Shown here: piece by piece, positions 60,911 to 64,000 of the stretch | Position numbering within the stretch: the stretch's first letter is position 1 | How the letters are laid out: each line of letters opens with the position of its first letter | Origin: Guillardia theta CCMP2712 | Taxonomy: Eukaryota; Protista; Cryptophyta | DNA length: 64,000 nt | Direction of reading: 5' to 3' | Assembly (NCBI RefSeq): GCF_000315625.1 | Contig: NW_005434575.1 | Location: forward strand, 64,100-128,099 | Position numbers and translations under genes: made by a program | Notes under the pieces: generated by a model | What the model was told of the DNA's origin: nothing | Database searches by the model: none | Seen by the model: the letters and a program-made list of their open reading frames with translations, nothing else

Positions 60911-63900
60911 ATGGCGGAGCTCGAGGTGGACGCGCAGGACGTTGTGCGACTTATGCTGCAGTTCTGCAAGGAGAATGGACTGAAGGTGAGAGATAAGAGA
61001 CGATCATGCTGATCCCTCCCTCCCTCCCTCCCTCCCTCCCTCCCCTCCCTCCCTCCCTCCCTCCNNNNNNNNNNNNNNNNNNNNNNNNNNNNNNNNNNNN
61101 NNNNNNNNNNNNNNNNNNNNNNNNNNNNNNNNNNNNNNNNNNNNNNNNNNNNNNNNNNNNNNNNAATGGCAGGTACATGATATGGTTGGCGATATTCAGA
61201 ATTTATAAGAAGATAATCGTTGGTATCAGATGCTGCTTCAGGACGTGTCGATATGAGATTCCTTTCTACGTTGATAATCACGGCCCTCCCTCCCTCCCTC
61301 CCCTCCCTCCCCTCCTTCCCTCCTTCCTCCCCTCCTCTCTCACACCCTCCTCCGCACACCACAATAGCCACCAACTCCTCATTCCTCCACTTCTTCCATT
61401 ACCACCCTCACCGCCTCGTTCACACTCTTCCTCTTCTCCTCTCTCCCTTGCTTAACAACATATTGTGCTTGTTGCTTTCAGGCGCTACCTACTACTAAAT
61501 CCTATCTTGATTGACTTTTGGATGTGCAGGAGACGATGAAAGCTCTCCAGGACGAGTCTAAAGTAGCGCTCAACACCGTCGAGAGCGTTGAAGGCTTCTT
61601 AGGAGACATCCAGTCAGGCAACTGGGACCTCGTGCTCGCTGCGTGCCAGAACCTGCAGCTGCCGGTGAAGAAGATGATGGACCTCCACGAGCAGATCGCG
61701 ATGGAGCTGCTGGAGCTGAGGGAGATGGACGTGGCACGAGCGATGCTGAGACAGTCTGAGTGCTTGCTCATCATGAAACGAGAGGAGCCCAACAGGTACA
61801 TCAAGCTCGAGTCCCTCTGCGCCAGCCCCACCTGGGATCCTAGAGATGCATACGAAGGAGGAGCGACGAAGGAATCGAGGAGGTCGGAGATAGCTAAGTC
61901 TTTCTCCACGGAGATCAGCGTCGTCCCTCCTTCCCGCCTCCTCGTCCTCTTGGGTCAGGCGTTGAAGTGGCAGCAGCACCAGGGCATGCTTCCTCCCGGC
62001 TCTCAGTTCGACATCTTCAAGGGAACGACGGCGACGAAGCCGGACGAGTACGACGAGTACCCGACGAGGAACACTCACTCCATCAAGTTCGGCAAGAAGA
62101 CGCATGCTGAATGCGCAGCGTTCTCACCCAACGGGCAGTACCTTGTGTCCGGAAGTCTGGACGGGTTTGTGGAGGTGTGGGACCACGAGACGGGGAAGTT
62201 GAGAAAGGATCTCAAGTATCAAGCCAACGACGAGCTCATGATGCATGAAGATGCCGTCCTCTCCATCGCGTGGTCGAAAGACAGTGAGCTGCTGGCCACT
62301 GGAGATCAGTCGGGGAAGATCAAGGTAAGTGTGCACCTCTGCTCTGCTCTGCTCTGCTCTGCTCTGCTCTGCTCTTTCCTCTCTCCTCTCCTCTTTTTTC
62401 GAGTCCTCCTTTTGGCTCCTCCCCTCTTCCTCTCCTCTCCACTAAATTTCTCCACGCTTCTCCGCCCCTGCTGTCCTCCCCAGTCCTCTCCTCCTCTCCT
62501 CTCCTCTCGTGCCAGCGCCTGATGAAACCTCTCAGGTGTGGAAGGTGAAGACAGGGCAGTGCGTCCGCAAGTTCGAGAAGGCTCACTCGCAAGGGATCAC
62601 CTGCCTCTGCTTCTCTCGCGACGGCACTCAGATCTGCAGCTCCTCCTACGACGCCTGCATGAGAATGCACGGGCTGAAGGTGAGCCATCGCTGCGCCTCC
62701 TCGGGGCCTCACAGTGGACGGCAGTCAGGGAAGATGCTGAAGGAGATGCGAGGACACACCTCTTACATCAACCACTGCGTCTACTCCATCGACGGGCTGC
62801 GCATCATCAGCTCGGGCAGCGATGGCTACGTCAAGGTGAGACGGGAGTGCTGGCCCGATGTGTCTGCTGCTGCTACTATTGTTGTTGTGGTTGTGGTGAT
62901 GTTGCTTACAAACTACTTGAGATGCTGACAACTCGACGTGCTGAGAGAGAGCTGTTGTGCAGGTCTGGGACCCCAAGAGCGGAGAGTGCATTTACAGCTT
63001 CAGGCCGAACCCAGCTGGGCAGGTGAGAGCGAGGAGGGGAGAGAGAGAGGAGTCACGCAGCATCGGCAGGAGATTGCAGTGAACTGCTGCTGCTGCATCC
63101 CCAAGACCGACAACCTCATCGTCTGCGACCGGAGCTCGACCGCCTACGTCGTAACCATGGCGGGACAGGTGAAGTTCGTGTAGCTGTTGGAGAGGAGGCT
63201 GAGGACGAGAGAAAGCAAGGATCAAGGGGAGGGAGGGGAGGGGAGGGGAGGGGAGGGGAGGGGAGGGAAGAGGAAAGAGAAAACTAACAGAGGAGGAGGC
63301 GTAGTTAATTTTCTTTTCTCTCGCGCTCTTCTTCTCCATCCTCATTTGTACTCTGTCAGGTTGTGAAGACGATTTCTTCCGGCAAGAAGGTCTGCTGCCC
63401 TGTTGTCTTGTGAAGTTTGACATGTCGGGCAGACTGGAGGAGACTTCTTGAACGCGTGCGTGAGTAGGATGGGATCATGGTTGTATTGCCTCGCTGAAGA
63501 TCAGGTGAGGCAGAGGAGATGAAGGATGATGGAAGAGATAGGAATGATGGGGAAGAGATGAATGAGTTGAAGTTTATGTTGATGAGAGTGATGTTTGTTG
63601 AGACTCAGGTCTTTTTCTTTACATTGGTGATGTTGATGATGATGCTCATGGTGGTGGTGGTGGTGATGATGATGATGAAATGGAAGTTGGGGCGATGGAG
63701 CTGATGACAATTCTTGTTCAGAACATGTACGTCTTCAACATTCAAGATGGAAAACTGGAGCAGATCACCAAGTGAGGGATCGACTTGACGTCTTATGGTT
63801 GTGTTGACTTGCTGCCAGGGTACACGAGCGCGAGCCGATCGGTCTCTGCCACCACCCCCATCGCAACGTGATGGCGACATTTGCGGATGATGGGCAGCTG

Positions 63901-63918
63901 AAGCTGTGGAGGGCGTAG
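60911..63918 (+). CDS. SMU1: Splicing factor SMU1 (LisH-CTLH-WD40)
   Basis: DVVRLMLQFCKENGL, VALNTVES, VVPPSRLLVLLGQALKWQQHQG, GKLRKDLKYQA, GKMLKEMRGH, HHPHRN. Confidence 0.96.
61065..61164. other. Assembly gap (100 N) within a (CCCT)n intron
   Basis: Run of N. Confidence 1.
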
Positions 63919-64000
63919 AGGAGGAGCAGGTGGAGAGGAGGAGGAAACTTTTAATGAAACGAATGAAAGAGAGGAATCGTTGATAATTGGGTGAGGAGGA

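Overview
Gene-dense eukaryotic nuclear DNA with many short (~45-55 nt) GT-AG introns, microsatellite-filled introns and one 100-N gap. The style (multiple RWP-RK genes, bipartite presequences, GC-rich palindromic intergenic tracts) suggests a cryptophyte alga such as Guillardia theta; this is an inference. Recognisable genes: Wee1-like kinase, three RWP-RK factors (two from an identical 939-bp duplication), a Pex19-domain protein, an M13 peptidase, a J-domain protein, an LRR-IQ protein, a PKD2-like channel with a C2 domain, a disrupted Cys-rich repeat gene, an Abraxas-like protein, a kelch protein, a divergent ribosomal protein eS7, DNA polymerase epsilon, an LRR-ARM-patatin, an alpha/beta hydrolase, a disrupted PARP, an MLKL-like/WD40 protein and SMU1. 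Best candidates for new biology: (1) an MLKL-like helical bundle + GFE pseudokinase fused to WD40 repeats whose scaffold is conserved but which carry one hypervariable loop each; (2) three adjacent genes with signal peptide + ubiquitin-tail mimic (R-L/I-R-G-G), one being eS7 with Met right after GG; (3) a duplicated sequence caught turning into the palindromic intergenic mosaic by short templated insertions. All assignments are by eye from motifs; exon boundaries are manual.
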